A stretch of DNA of 64,000 nt from Planctomycetota bacterium. GTDB lineage: Bacteria; Planctomycetota; UBA1135; UBA2386. The position numbers were made by a program, and so were the translations under genes. The stretch lies in assembly GCA_965223545.1 (NCBI GenBank), contig OZ245006.1:7552001-7616000 (forward strand), in the 5' to 3' direction. A model generated the notes under the pieces. It saw only the letters and a list, made by a program, of their open reading frames with translations. It was not told the origin of the DNA and did not search any database. Positions 9,567 through 19,612 of this stretch are shown here, piece after piece; position 1 is the stretch's first letter, and every line of letters starts with the position of its first letter.

Positions 9567-10412
9567 CTAGGTCAGCGCGATCCGCCGCGCGATCCAGCGC
9601 GCCGGCAAGATCGCCGCCAGCACGGCGAAGCTCTCGACGAAGCGGTGCGCGCTCATGCAGAGCAAGCCGGTGTACACCATCGTGCCGAGCAGCAGCCAGG
9701 TCATCGAAGCGCGCAGGCTCCCGCGGTCCCACTGCGGCACGCGGGTCACGCGCAGCACGAACAGCAGCGCCAGGACCCCGCCGATCGCCGCCGCCGGCCA
9801 CGGGTGGGGCATGCCGAGCAGGGCCAGCGCGGCGGCGATCGGCGGTACCAGCTGCACCGACTCGGCGGTTCGGTGCCGCACCTGCCGCTCGTCCTCGAGG
9901 ATGCCGACCACGGTGACCGCGACGATGTAGCAGGCGTAGACCGCGGCCGCGATCCAGACCTCGCGCGGCGGCGAGGCCAGCGTCAGCACGATCGGTCCGG
10001 CGGCCAGGTTGAGTCCGCGCAGAAGCCCCATGTTGAGCGCCCCGGCCCAGTGGTTGTGTTTGACGGCGTAGTTGTAGGCCAGCACGAGAGCCGCGAGCGT
10101 GGCGTGGAACGGCGACCACGGCGACAGCGCGATGCCGGCCGCCAACAGGACGACGCCGAGTCCGAGGGCCGCGCCGGCGGTGATCTCACCGGCCGGAATG
10201 GGGCGCTCGGGTCGGTGCACTGCGTCGCGCTTCCGGTCGGCGTGATCGTTGAGCACCATGCCGGCGGCGTAGACGCAGACACTGGCGGCCGCCGCGCGTG
10301 CTCCACCGGCGCCGATGGGCAGGCCGGCGAGGCAGAGGCCAGCGACTACGTCGGCCGCCGGCGAAAACAAGGTGCCCGCGCGCAGCAGGCGGAGGTAGGC
10401 CAGAGCGGACAT
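9567..10412 (-). CDS. UbiA-family prenyltransferase (EboC-like)
   Basis: YAAGMVLND-x-x-D-x-x-x-D-x-x-x-RPERPIPAG Asp-rich motif; multiple TM helices; MGLLRGLN. Confidence 0.88.
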   Translation of the reverse strand: MSALAYLRLLRAGTLFSPAADVVAGLCLAGLPIGAGGARAAAASVCVYAAGMVLNDHADRKRDAVHRPERPIPAGEITAGAALGLGVVLLAAGIALSPWSPFHATLAALVLAYNYAVKHNHWAGALNMGLLRGLNLAAGPIVLTLASPPREVWIAAAVYACYIVAVTVVGILEDERQVRHRTAESVQLVPPIAAALALLGMPHPWPAAAIGGVLALLFVLRVTRVPQWDRGSLRASMTWLLLGTMVYTGLLCMSAHRFVESFAVLAAILPARWIARRIALT

Positions 10413-10438
10413 CGGGGCGTCGGGCGCGAGCGGCCTCT

Positions 10439-12223
10439 TCAGGGCAGCTTCAAGATGTCGTTGTAGGTGACGAACACCAGCAGCGCGACGATGAATGCGA
10501 GGCCGAGAACCTGGCTGTAGTGGAACACGCGTTCGCTGACGGGCGACCCCTTGATGCCCTCGATGAGGACGAACATCAGGTGGCCGCCGTCGAACATCGG
10601 GATCGGCAGCACGTTGATGAACGCCAAGTTGAGGCTGAGCACCGCCAAGAAGTAGAGGAAGCGCTCCCAGCCCGCCTGCGCCAGCGCGTAGCTCACGCGG
10701 GAGATGGTGATGATGCCGCCGAGGTTCTTGGCGGCGACCTCGCCGGTGAACAGCTTCTTCAGCGTCACGTAGAGCCGCTTGATCCAGTCGAACGAGCAGA
10801 CCAAGCCGGCCTGCAGGGCACCGCCGAACGACTCTTCGCGGATGATCTCGCGCACCGGTGTCAGCTGGGCGACGAAGCCGAGGTCGTTCTGCCGGCGGGC
10901 GGGTACCAGGGTGAGGGAGTGCTCCTCACCACCGCGCCTCACGACCAGCTGCAGCGGGCCCGCGTCGCTCTGTCCAACCGCGGCGCGGAGGTCCTGCCAG
11001 CTGCTCAGCGCGACCCCGTTGATGGCGACGATCTCGTCGCCGGCGACCACGCCGGCGGCTTCCGCCGGCGAGTCGGGGTCCGGCGTCACCGCCGTGCTCT
11101 TCGGCGCGTGCGCCAGGCCGACGTGCGCGGCCAGGGCGGTGCGCGCCGCGGCGTCGGCCTCGGCCTCGAGCACGCGGGTCTCGCCGTCGCGCAAGACCGT
11201 CATGCGCAGCACTCCCGGTGTCGCGGCGACCGTCAGCGTGCCGCCGGCGAAGGGTTCCCCGTCGATGCTCTGGATGCGATCGCCGACCCGCAGATCGAGC
11301 GCCCGCAGCAGCGGCAAGCCGTCGCGTAGGCCGGCGACCTGCCGGTGCGCGGCGCGCACGCCGAGCATCGGCTGTGGCAGGTCGACCTGGCCCGGAGTGT
11401 ACTGCAAGGTATGCGCGCGGCCGTCGCGCAGCACGGTCAGCTCCACCGCGCCGTCGGAGAAGCGCGTCGGTAGCTCCACGTCGACGTAGCTGTAGGCGTC
11501 CACCGGCGTCCCGTTCAGGGCGACCAGCGTGTCACCCGTGCGCGCCCCGGCAGCGTAGGCGGGCCCCCGCGCGTCGACGTCGAGCGTGACCGCGGTTTCC
11601 ACCGCGCTGCGCACGCCGATCGTGTAGATGCCCTGCTCGCCGTCGTAGGCGGGATGGACCGTCGCGGAGTACTGTTCGCCGTCGCGCTCGACCATCAGGT
11701 CGACTGGGCGGTCGCCGGCGAGCGCGATCTCGACGTGCAGGTTGTCGAACGAGTAAGTCTCTTTGTCGCCGACTTGCAGGATGCGGTCGCCGGTCTGCAA
11801 GCCCGCCTGCCACGCCGGGCTGCCGGCCGCCACATCGCCGAGCATCGGCGCATCGAACTCCACGCCGGCGCGGAACACGATGGGGAAGGCGACCAGGGCG
11901 AACAGCAGGTTCATCAACACGCCGCCGGCGAAGAACATCGCGCGCGCCGGAATGCTCTTGGAGTGCAGATCGCCCTCGGCGTCGATGCGCGAGGCGGTTG
12001 GGTCCTCGCCGGCGACGCGCACGTAGCCGCCGAGCGGCACCAGCGACAGCCGGTAGTCGGTATCGCCGCGGCGGAAGCCGGCCAGCCGCGGGCCGAACCC
12101 CAGCGAGAACACCAGCACGCGGACGCCGGCGAGGCGCGCGCACATGTAGTGGCCGGCCTCGTGGATGAACACCAAGAAGCCGATGCCCAGAGCGGCGAGC
12201 AGAATGAAGTAGAGTTGCGACAT
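10439..12223 (-). CDS. rseP: RIP metalloprotease RseP with about four PDZ domains
   Basis: HEAGH zinc motif, FSLGFGP, NVLPIPMFDGGH; PDZ-type SPAxxAG...GDxI repeats; adjacent to dxr. Confidence 0.93.
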   Translation of the reverse strand: MSQLYFILLAALGIGFLVFIHEAGHYMCARLAGVRVLVFSLGFGPRLAGFRRGDTDYRLSLVPLGGYVRVAGEDPTASRIDAEGDLHSKSIPARAMFFAGGVLMNLLFALVAFPIVFRAGVEFDAPMLGDVAAGSPAWQAGLQTGDRILQVGDKETYSFDNLHVEIALAGDRPVDLMVERDGEQYSATVHPAYDGEQGIYTIGVRSAVETAVTLDVDARGPAYAAGARTGDTLVALNGTPVDAYSYVDVELPTRFSDGAVELTVLRDGRAHTLQYTPGQVDLPQPMLGVRAAHRQVAGLRDGLPLLRALDLRVGDRIQSIDGEPFAGGTLTVAATPGVLRMTVLRDGETRVLEAEADAAARTALAAHVGLAHAPKSTAVTPDPDSPAEAAGVVAGDEIVAINGVALSSWQDLRAAVGQSDAGPLQLVVRRGGEEHSLTLVPARRQNDLGFVAQLTPVREIIREESFGGALQAGLVCSFDWIKRLYVTLKKLFTGEVAAKNLGGIITISRVSYALAQAGWERFLYFLAVLSLNLAFINVLPIPMFDGGHLMFVLIEGIKGSPVSERVFHYSQVLGLAFIVALLVFVTYNDILKLP

Positions 12224-12225
12224 CG

Positions 12226-13368
12226 TCAGTGCAGCATGCGCATCGCCGCGCGCCGGGCCGCCTGGTCGGCAGCGTGCACGTCGGCCAGAGTCGCGACCGG
12301 CTTTGGCGAGTGGTCTCGCACGACCGCGGTCACGGTGTCGGTGATCGCGGTGAAGCGCGCCTTGCCGTCCAAGAACATCCCCGTCAACACTTCATCGGCA
12401 GCGTTCAGCACCGCACCTGAGTCGCCGCCCGCGCGCAGGGTGTCGTAGGCCAGCGGAATGGCGGGATAGCGCGCCTCGTCGACCGCCGCGAAGGTCAATT
12501 GCGAGAACGCGACCGGGTCGAAGGGCTCGAACTCGAACGGCACCCGCTCCGGATAGGCCAGACAGTAGAGGATCGGAACCCGCATATCGGGGCGGCCCAG
12601 CTGTGCCAGCATGCTGCCGTCGACGAACTCGACGATCGAGTGCACGATGCTCTGCGGGTGGATCAGGACGCGGATCTGGTCCGGCTCGAGGCCGAACAGC
12701 CACCGGGCTTCGAGAATCTCGAACGCCTTGTTCATCATCGTCGCCGAGCCGATGGTGATCCGCGGCCCCATTTCCCAGGTCGGATGGCGCAGCGCTTCTG
12801 CCGGCGTGATGTCGGCGAACGTGTCGAGCGCGCGCTCGCGGAACGGGCCGCCGGAGCCGGTCAGGTAGATGCGGCGCACCTTGCCCCGGTCCTCGCCCTG
12901 CAGGCACTGGAACACGGCGCAGTGCTCCGAGTCGACCGGCAGGATCGGCGCGCCGCTGTCGGCCGCCAGCTGCATCAGGTAGTCACCGGCGACCACCAGC
13001 GATTCCTTGTTGGCCAGCGCCAGCGGGATGCCGCGGCGCAATGCCCACTCCGACGCGGGCAGCCCGGCGGCGCCGGTGATCGCGTTGAGCACGATGTCCG
13101 GCTGGCCGGCCTCGAGGGCTTCGAGGACACCGTCCGCGCCGCGCAGCCACGCGCTGTCGGCGCTCTCGTCGCCCTCGCCTGCCACCAGGCAGACGGCGAC
13201 CGGTTCGAAGCGCTCGACCTGCTGCTGCAGGGCTTGCGCGGACCGGTGCGCGGTCAGGGCGACCACCGAGAAGCGCTCCGGCCGGTCGGCGATCAGCTGC
13301 AGCGCCTGACAACCGACCGAGCCGGTGCTGCCGAGGATCGCCACGCGCTTCGGGGTATGGTCGCGCAC
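12226..13368 (-). CDS. dxr: 1-deoxy-D-xylulose-5-phosphate reductoisomerase
   Basis: ILGSTGSVG, LANKESLV, PVDSEH, GSGGPFR, HPTWEMG, NAADE. Confidence 0.97.
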   Translation of the reverse strand: MRDHTPKRVAILGSTGSVGCQALQLIADRPERFSVVALTAHRSAQALQQQVERFEPVAVCLVAGEGDESADSAWLRGADGVLEALEAGQPDIVLNAITGAAGLPASEWALRRGIPLALANKESLVVAGDYLMQLAADSGAPILPVDSEHCAVFQCLQGEDRGKVRRIYLTGSGGPFRERALDTFADITPAEALRHPTWEMGPRITIGSATMMNKAFEILEARWLFGLEPDQIRVLIHPQSIVHSIVEFVDGSMLAQLGRPDMRVPILYCLAYPERVPFEFEPFDPVAFSQLTFAAVDEARYPAIPLAYDTLRAGGDSGAVLNAADEVLTGMFLDGKARFTAITDTVTAVVRDHSPKPVATLADVHAADQAARRAAMRMLH

Positions 13369-13432
13369 GACTTCGCTGGTTTATGGTCTCGGCCTCGCCC
13401 GGGCAAACTCAACACCGAAAACCGCCGCCACC

Positions 13433-13963
13433 ATGTCCCGCCGCTGGGAAGACCGCGCCGCGTTCTGCATCGTGTGCGGTGCGCCCCTGCACCGGCGGGA
13501 GGCCTACGGCCGGCCGCGCAAGTGTTGCACCCGCTGCGACTACGTGCAGTTCCGCTCGCCGGCCTGCGCCGCGGGAGTCGTGGTCGCGCGCGGCCGGGAG
13601 GTGCTCCTGATCCGCCGCGGGATCGAGCCCTACCGGGGCGCGTGGGGCATCCCGGCCGGGTTCCAGGACTACGACGAGGAGCCGGAGGCCGCCGCGGTGC
13701 GCGAAGTGCGCGAGGAGACCGGCCTGGAGGTGCGGCTGCACCGCCTGCTCGCCGTGTGCTACACGCGCGACGACCCGCGCAATCGCGTCAACGTCGCGAT
13801 CTACCTCGGCGAGGCCGTTGCCGGCGAGCTGGCGGCGGCCGATGATGCGGTCGCGGCGTGCTACTTCTCCTTGGATGCACTGCCCGAGCCGATCGCCTTC
13901 GACAACAACCGCGCGGTGCTGCGTGAGCTGCGCCGCCAGTGTCCCACCGGGAGCTTGCTTTGA
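13433..13963 (+). CDS. NUDIX hydrolase with N-terminal zinc ribbon
   Basis: CxxC...CxxC followed by Nudix box GFQDYDEEPEAAAVREVREETGL. Confidence 0.9.
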   Translation: MSRRWEDRAAFCIVCGAPLHRREAYGRPRKCCTRCDYVQFRSPACAAGVVVARGREVLLIRRGIEPYRGAWGIPAGFQDYDEEPEAAAVREVREETGLEVRLHRLLAVCYTRDDPRNRVNVAIYLGEAVAGELAAADDAVAACYFSLDALPEPIAFDNNRAVLRELRRQCPTGSLL

Positions 13964-14997
13964 GCGAACCATCCTCCGCCTATCGCCAGGCCGGCGTCGA
14001 CATCGACGCCAAGTACCAGGCCGTGCAGAGCAGTCGCGAGGCGATCCGCTCGACGTACACGAAGGGCGTGGTCGGCGATGTCGGGCAGTTCGGCGGCATC
14101 TTCGATCTCGCCGCGGCGGGCGCCGCGGGTCAGCTGCTGGTGGCCTCCACCGATGGGGTCGGCACCAAGGTCAAGGTCGCCAAGGCGGCGGGCCGGCTCG
14201 CCGGGGTCGGCGCCGACCTCGTCAACCACTGCGTCAACGACATCCTCGTGCAGGGTGCGCGGCCGCTCTTCTTCCTCGATTACATCGCCGTGGCGCGCAT
14301 GGTGCCCGAGGAGGTGCGCGCGGTGCTCGGCGGCGTCGCCGCGGCGTGCCGCGAGAACCAAACCGCCCTGCTGGGTGGCGAGACGGCGGAGATGCCGGGG
14401 GTCTACCGCGACGGCGAGCTCGACGTCGCCGGCACCATCGTCGGCTGCGTCGCGCGCGAGCGGGTGCTGGACGGCAGTCGCGTGGCCGCGGGCGACGTCC
14501 TGATCGCGCTGCCCTCCTCCGGCCTGCACACCAACGGCTACTCGCTGGCGCGCCGGGTCGCGTTCGAACAGCTCAAGCTCGGTCCGGACGACCGGCCGTC
14601 GGTGCTGGCCGGAGCAACCGTCGCCGACGCGCTGCTCGCGGTCCACCGCTCCTACTTGGCCGCGGTCTGGCCCCTTCTCGAGGCGGACCTCGTGCACGCC
14701 ATGGCGCACATCACCGGTGGCGGTCTCTACGACAATCTGCCGCGCGTGCTGCCCGCCGGGGTCGGGGTCGAGATCGAGCGCGCGGCGATGCCGCGTCCAC
14801 CGGTGTTCGAGCTCTTGGTCGACGGCGGCGAGATCGACGAGGTCGAGGCCTACCGGGTCTTCAACATGGGGTTCGGCATGGTTCTCATCGTCGACCCCGA
14901 ACACGGCGACGCGGTGCAGGACCGGCTGCGCGCCGCCGGTGAAGATGCCCACCGGGTCGGCACGGTGGTCGCGCGCGAGGGTGTCGAGCTGCGCTGA
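13960..14997 (+). CDS. purM: Phosphoribosylformylglycinamidine cyclo-ligase (AIR synthase)
   Basis: AYRQAGVDI, STDGVGTK, GGETAEMPG, SSGLHTNGYSL, HITGGG, FNMGFG; TTG start overlapping the NUDIX stop. Confidence 0.96.
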   Translation: MSEPSSAYRQAGVDIDAKYQAVQSSREAIRSTYTKGVVGDVGQFGGIFDLAAAGAAGQLLVASTDGVGTKVKVAKAAGRLAGVGADLVNHCVNDILVQGARPLFFLDYIAVARMVPEEVRAVLGGVAAACRENQTALLGGETAEMPGVYRDGELDVAGTIVGCVARERVLDGSRVAAGDVLIALPSSGLHTNGYSLARRVAFEQLKLGPDDRPSVLAGATVADALLAVHRSYLAAVWPLLEADLVHAMAHITGGGLYDNLPRVLPAGVGVEIERAAMPRPPVFELLVDGGEIDEVEAYRVFNMGFGMVLIVDPEHGDAVQDRLRAAGEDAHRVGTVVAREGVELR

Positions 14998-15012
14998 AAG
15001 GCGGTGTGAGCG

Positions 15013-15984
15013 GTGGTGGAGTGGCAGCGGGACAAGCACGGGTTGGCGGCGGCGCCGCTGCGCGCCGCGCTGATCGTGGCGGCGCTGGGCGCCGGTGGCT
15101 TGACCGGGCAGGAGGTCACCGTCGGGCTGCAAGATGCCTACCAGCGCGCGCAGGAGCTGGCCGTGGCAGGCGCGCCCGAGGAAGAACAGCGCGACGCCTA
15201 CGCGCGGGCGTGGAGTTCGTACGCGCGCCTCGATCCGAGCAGCGACGCGGCGCGGGAGTGGTTCGCCGCCGCGGTCTACAGCGCGATTCGCGCCGGTGAG
15301 GCGGCGCGCGTCGCGGCGCTGCTGCAGCAGCGCGTCGACGCCGGCGATGTCGACGCGGCCACCGTCGAGTGGTTGCTGCGGGCGCACCTCGCCGCCGGCG
15401 CCGCCGACCCGGCACTGCGCGCCGTGCGGCGGCACATCGACGCGCACGGCGATCTCGTGCACCGCGTGTTGGTCGAGCACGGTGGGCTGGCCGGTCTGGG
15501 GGCAGCGGCGGTGGCGGGTGGCTGGTTGCGGCGGGGGGACACCGACGCGGCGATGTGGTTGTTCGAGTTCGCCGTCGAGAGCTCGCAGCGGCACGCCTTC
15601 GACTTGGCCAACCTGGCGTTGGCCAACCGCCACATCGGCCGGATCGAGGACGCCGAGTCGCTGTATCGCGAGGCGTTGGAGGCCGCGCCCGACGACGCCA
15701 TCCTGTGGAACGACTGGGCTTTGTTCCTCAAGGGGACGGGGCGGCCGGCGGAAGCGGCGGAGGCGCTGGAGCGCAGCCGGCAGTGTGAGCAGCCGCCCGA
15801 CACCGGGCCGGCGACCACCAATCTGCTCCTGCTCGCACTGGGTCGCGGCGAGGGGGTTGGGCCGGCGGTGGGGCAGATGGCAGTGGTGCTGGCCAAGCGA
15901 CCCGCGGCTGCGTTGGCGCGGCGCGCCCTTCTGCAGGGGGTCGCCGCGGATTGGCACCGCGGCCTCGGCGCCGCGCGGCGATGA
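15013..15984 (+). CDS. Exported tetratricopeptide-repeat protein
   Basis: Signal-like N-terminus; TPR patterns (LANLALANRHIGRIEDAESLYREALEAAPDD, WNDWALFL...A). Confidence 0.7.
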   Translation: MVEWQRDKHGLAAAPLRAALIVAALGAGGLTGQEVTVGLQDAYQRAQELAVAGAPEEEQRDAYARAWSSYARLDPSSDAAREWFAAAVYSAIRAGEAARVAALLQQRVDAGDVDAATVEWLLRAHLAAGAADPALRAVRRHIDAHGDLVHRVLVEHGGLAGLGAAAVAGGWLRRGDTDAAMWLFEFAVESSQRHAFDLANLALANRHIGRIEDAESLYREALEAAPDDAILWNDWALFLKGTGRPAEAAEALERSRQCEQPPDTGPATTNLLLLALGRGEGVGPAVGQMAVVLAKRPAAALARRALLQGVAADWHRGLGAARR

Positions 15985-16128
15985 CCGTAATCGTTCCGCC
16001 GACGTAACAGGTCGGTCCCCGCCGGCGATCCTTCCGGGCTGGATTCCCTCGGCGCGGTCGTCACGTCGGGATAAGCTCGTGCCGGACCGATGCCTGAAGG
16101 ACGCGAACCGACGCGCCTCCGGTGAGGT

Positions 16129-16144
16129 TGGCGCGCGGTTTGCA
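16129..16144 (+). promoter_or_regulatory. Sigma-54 (-24/-12) promoter TGGCGCGCGGTTTGCA
   Basis: One mismatch to consensus TGGCACG-N4-TTGCW with exact GG-N10-GC spacing; intergenic, ~90 nt upstream of ATG 16236. Confidence 0.7.
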
Positions 16145-16235
16145 CCAACGATTCGCCGGGATGGTTGCGGCGCGTGGTTGGCGCCCCCCGCCCGCGGCAT
16201 CGCTTCCACCGAGAATCTGCCAATAGGAGCCAACG

Positions 16236-17570
16236 ATGGTGTTCACCGCAGTCGCCTTGACGCTCGCCCTACTCGCCCCACAGGACCCTCCGGGCGACCC
16301 GCGGCTGACGTCGGTCCTCAAAGCCAGCGAGATCAAGAAGCTCAATGGCCTGGCCGTGAAGTGGTTCCAGGCGCGTCAGCGCTACGATGAGGAGACCGAA
16401 GCCCAAAGCTTGGTCAAGCTCAGCCAGCTGACCTCGCGCGCCAAGGAGAAGTTCATCAACGAGTGGGAGAAGCGCGACGCGCCCCTGCAGCACGTCGGCG
16501 ATGTGCTGGCCGTGTTCGCCAACGTGTTCGACTACGACAACGAGTCGGGCACCGGTGAGATGCGGTTGCGCAAGGAGAAGGGGGCGTTGCAGGACTACTA
16601 CGCGGCGATCCCCCGGGGCTACCGCGGCAAGGAAGCCATGCGGTGTCTGCTGCAGCTTCCGGCTCGCGAGGACGACGCCACGATCAGCGCGGAGGACTTC
16701 TACGAGGCCACCTGGAAGGGCACCGAGTTCGCCGAGTCCACGCTGGTGCTCGCCCCGCAGATGCCGGAGACGGCGCTCGACTACCTGGGCGATCTGTCGA
16801 CGCCGGATGGTGATGCGCGCGAGTCGGACTACATCCGCGCCGTGCTCGGCGCTGCGGGCGAGGCCCAGCGCCAGCTCAACATGGACCGCGGTCGCTTGAT
16901 CCTCGATTGCGGCGAGGGCGCCGGCGCCTTCGGTCTGCGGTTGGCGAGCTACTTCCCGGCGCGCTTCGCCGGCGTCATCGTCCGCCACCCCGTCGACATG
17001 GGCGCGTTCCGCATGGCGAGCTTGGGCGGGATGTCGGTGTGCTTGATCTCGTCGGCCGAGACTGCCGAGGCGGCCGGCAAGATCAAGGAGGCCCTCGACG
17101 CGCTCGAACCGGGCGCGTGCACCGTGCTCGAAGCCGAGGGCGAGGCCCCGTACGGCGGCATGCACGAGGCGATCGGCAAGTGGGCCGAGGGTGTGGAGCG
17201 CGACCTGTTCCGCAGCAAGGTGACGTGGGCGCCGAACAACGATCGGTTCCGCAAGGCCTACTGGGTGACCGTGCCGCTGTTCGAGACCGCGTTCGGCCCG
17301 GCGGAGTTGCAGCCGTTCCTGTCGGCGGAGGCCGACCGCGACTCCAACACCATCCGCATCGAGGCGAAGAACATCACCGAGGTCTCCCTGTTCCTCAACG
17401 ACGCGCTGATCGATCTCGACAAGGAGTTCACCGTCGTGGTCAACGGCAAGGCGCTGACCGAGAAGTTGGAGCGCAACTTCCACAACATGACCGACTGGAT
17501 GTTCAACCGCTTCGACCCCGGCTACATGTTCACGACGACCTACACGACGGCCGTGCCCGAGGCCCAGTAG
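16236..17570 (+). CDS. Exported alpha/beta-hydrolase-like protein with degenerate nucleophile elbow
   Basis: RBS AGGAG; signal peptide; MDRGRLILDCGEGAGAFGLRLASYFPARFAGV resembles the DxxRvylxGxSxGG...A..yPdrFAgv segment of esterases. Confidence 0.65.
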   Translation: MVFTAVALTLALLAPQDPPGDPRLTSVLKASEIKKLNGLAVKWFQARQRYDEETEAQSLVKLSQLTSRAKEKFINEWEKRDAPLQHVGDVLAVFANVFDYDNESGTGEMRLRKEKGALQDYYAAIPRGYRGKEAMRCLLQLPAREDDATISAEDFYEATWKGTEFAESTLVLAPQMPETALDYLGDLSTPDGDARESDYIRAVLGAAGEAQRQLNMDRGRLILDCGEGAGAFGLRLASYFPARFAGVIVRHPVDMGAFRMASLGGMSVCLISSAETAEAAGKIKEALDALEPGACTVLEAEGEAPYGGMHEAIGKWAEGVERDLFRSKVTWAPNNDRFRKAYWVTVPLFETAFGPAELQPFLSAEADRDSNTIRIEAKNITEVSLFLNDALIDLDKEFTVVVNGKALTEKLERNFHNMTDWMFNRFDPGYMFTTTYTTAVPEAQ

Positions 17571-17583
17571 GCGTTTTCCGCGG

Positions 17584-19527
17584 TTGGCTAGTCCTAGTAC
17601 CGACAGCGCCGAGCTGCCGGCGGCGCGCGGTGCGTTGGCGTCGTTCGCCGCCGGGCACGCCATCATGAGCATCGAGCTGTCGGCGGTGCGGCTCATGGCA
17701 CCGCATTTTGGCGACAGCGCGTTCGTCTGGACCAACGTCATCGGCGTCCTGCTGGTGGCCTTGGCGGTCGGCGCCTGGTGCGGCGGCCAGCTTGCGGAGC
17801 GACCGCGCGCGCTGGCGCTCACCGCAGTGCTGCTGCTGATCGCCGGCGCCTGGACCGCGGTAGTGCCGCTGGTGGCGCCGGCGATCGGTGGCTTCTTGTT
17901 GCCGCAAGACCTCTTGTTGGACGCGGCGATGCCGGCGATGGTCCGGGGTTCGCTGGTCGCCTCGCTGTTGTTGTTTGCGCCGCCGGTGGCGGTGGCGGGC
18001 TGCATCACTCCGGTGCTGGTCGTCGCCTTGGCGCGCCATCGGCCCGTCGGGCGGGCGTGCGGTGTGGTGGCGGCGGCGTCGACTCTCGGCAGCCTGACGG
18101 GCACGTTCGCGACCACGCACTGGTTGATCCCCGAGCTGGGCAGCCGGGCGACGCTGTGGATCGATGCCGCCATTCTGGCATTGGCGGCGGCGCTGTTGCG
18201 GCCGAGCCTGCCGCGGGCCGCCCTGTGCGCCGTGCCGCTTCTGCTCATGCCGGCGCGCGACCTGCCGCTGCGCGCGCCGCCCGCCGACGCAGTCCTGCTC
18301 GCCGAGGTAGAGAGCCCGTATCAGTTCTTGCGGGTGCTGCGGCGCGATGCGGATGGGGGTGCGGTCACCACGTTGAAGATCAACGAGGGGCTGGATTCGT
18401 TCCATTCGATCGCGATCGAAGGGCAGCCGTTCACCGGCGGCCGCTACTACGACTATCACCTCGCCGCCGCGCTGCTCGCCGGCGACGGCACGGCGCCGGC
18501 GGAACCGCGCGTTCTGTCTTGTGGCGCGGCCGCTGGCTCGTTCTCACGCGTGTTCGGTGCCGTTTTTTCGCGCTGCACGGTGGACGCGGTGGAGCTCGAC
18601 CCCGCTGTGGTCGAGCTCGGAGAGCGCTGGTTCGGTGGCCGTGGGGCAGGCGGTGAGGTGTACTCGGGCGTCGATGCGCGGGTCTTCGTCGAGTGCACCG
18701 ACAAGACCTACGACGTGGTGCTCGTCGATGCCTACGAGCACCAGATCTACGTCCCCGCGCACGTCTCCAGCCGCCAGTTCTTTGCGGCGGTGCGACGTTG
18801 TCTGGCGCCCGGCGGAGTGGTCGCCATCAACGCCGGCGGTGTCTCGTTCGAAGACGGCGTGGTGCGCGCGCTCGGTCACACGATGGCAGAGGTGTTCGGC
18901 GAGGCCTGGGCGTTTCGTGTGCCGCGATCGCGCAACTTCGCGATCTTCGCGCGGCGCGACGACCAAATCGAACCGGCGCAGCTGCGCGGTTCGCCGCCGC
19001 GGGCCGAGTTGGCGGAAGTCTGGCGGGAGCTGGCGGCACCGGGGGCGTGGCGTCAGTTCGGCCGCGGCGAGCCGGTGCTCGACGACGACCGTCCCTTGCT
19101 CGACGTGTTGCAGAACCGCGCGTTGGCGGTGCGCGATGGCGTGGCCGAGCTGATCGCGATGGCCGGCGACGTCGACCCGGCCGATGCCGAGGAGCGCGCC
19201 CGCGCGGCGCGCGCCGCCGGCGACTGGGCCCAAGCGCTCGAGGCGCTGGGCGAGGCGCGGCAGGCCAACGCCAGGCTGCGGCTGGCGGCCGGCGACCTGC
19301 GCTGGTTACAGCGCGACTTGACCGGAGCGGCGGCCGAGTACGAGGCTGCGCGCGCGTTCGACGACGCGGCGCTGCGCCCGTACCTCGAGCCGCGGCAGAG
19401 CGACCTCGCGGTCGAGCTGGCGGGGCTGGCGCGCGCCGGCGACGTGGCCGCGCGCAACGGCTGGTTGGCCTGGGCGGGGATCGCCGCTGGTGGCCTGGCG
19501 GCGTTCTTCGCGCTGCGCGCCGTCTGA
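17584..19527 (+). CDS. Fused membrane domain / spermidine-synthase-like SAM methyltransferase
   Basis: N-terminal TM region (IELSAVRLMAPHFGDS..VWTNVIG; STLGSLTGTF), ESPYQ, VDAVELDPAVV, YDVVLVDAY. Confidence 0.85.
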   Translation: MASPSTDSAELPAARGALASFAAGHAIMSIELSAVRLMAPHFGDSAFVWTNVIGVLLVALAVGAWCGGQLAERPRALALTAVLLLIAGAWTAVVPLVAPAIGGFLLPQDLLLDAAMPAMVRGSLVASLLLFAPPVAVAGCITPVLVVALARHRPVGRACGVVAAASTLGSLTGTFATTHWLIPELGSRATLWIDAAILALAAALLRPSLPRAALCAVPLLLMPARDLPLRAPPADAVLLAEVESPYQFLRVLRRDADGGAVTTLKINEGLDSFHSIAIEGQPFTGGRYYDYHLAAALLAGDGTAPAEPRVLSCGAAAGSFSRVFGAVFSRCTVDAVELDPAVVELGERWFGGRGAGGEVYSGVDARVFVECTDKTYDVVLVDAYEHQIYVPAHVSSRQFFAAVRRCLAPGGVVAINAGGVSFEDGVVRALGHTMAEVFGEAWAFRVPRSRNFAIFARRDDQIEPAQLRGSPPRAELAEVWRELAAPGAWRQFGRGEPVLDDDRPLLDVLQNRALAVRDGVAELIAMAGDVDPADAEERARAARAAGDWAQALEALGEARQANARLRLAAGDLRWLQRDLTGAAAEYEAARAFDDAALRPYLEPRQSDLAVELAGLARAGDVAARNGWLAWAGIAAGGLAAFFALRAV

Positions 19528-19612
19528 CGGCTCGTGGCCTAGACGCGTGGCCGGAAAATGCCGCTTTGGCGAGTCGACTTAGTCGCCAGCAGCAAGCCGG
19601 CTTGAATCCGAA

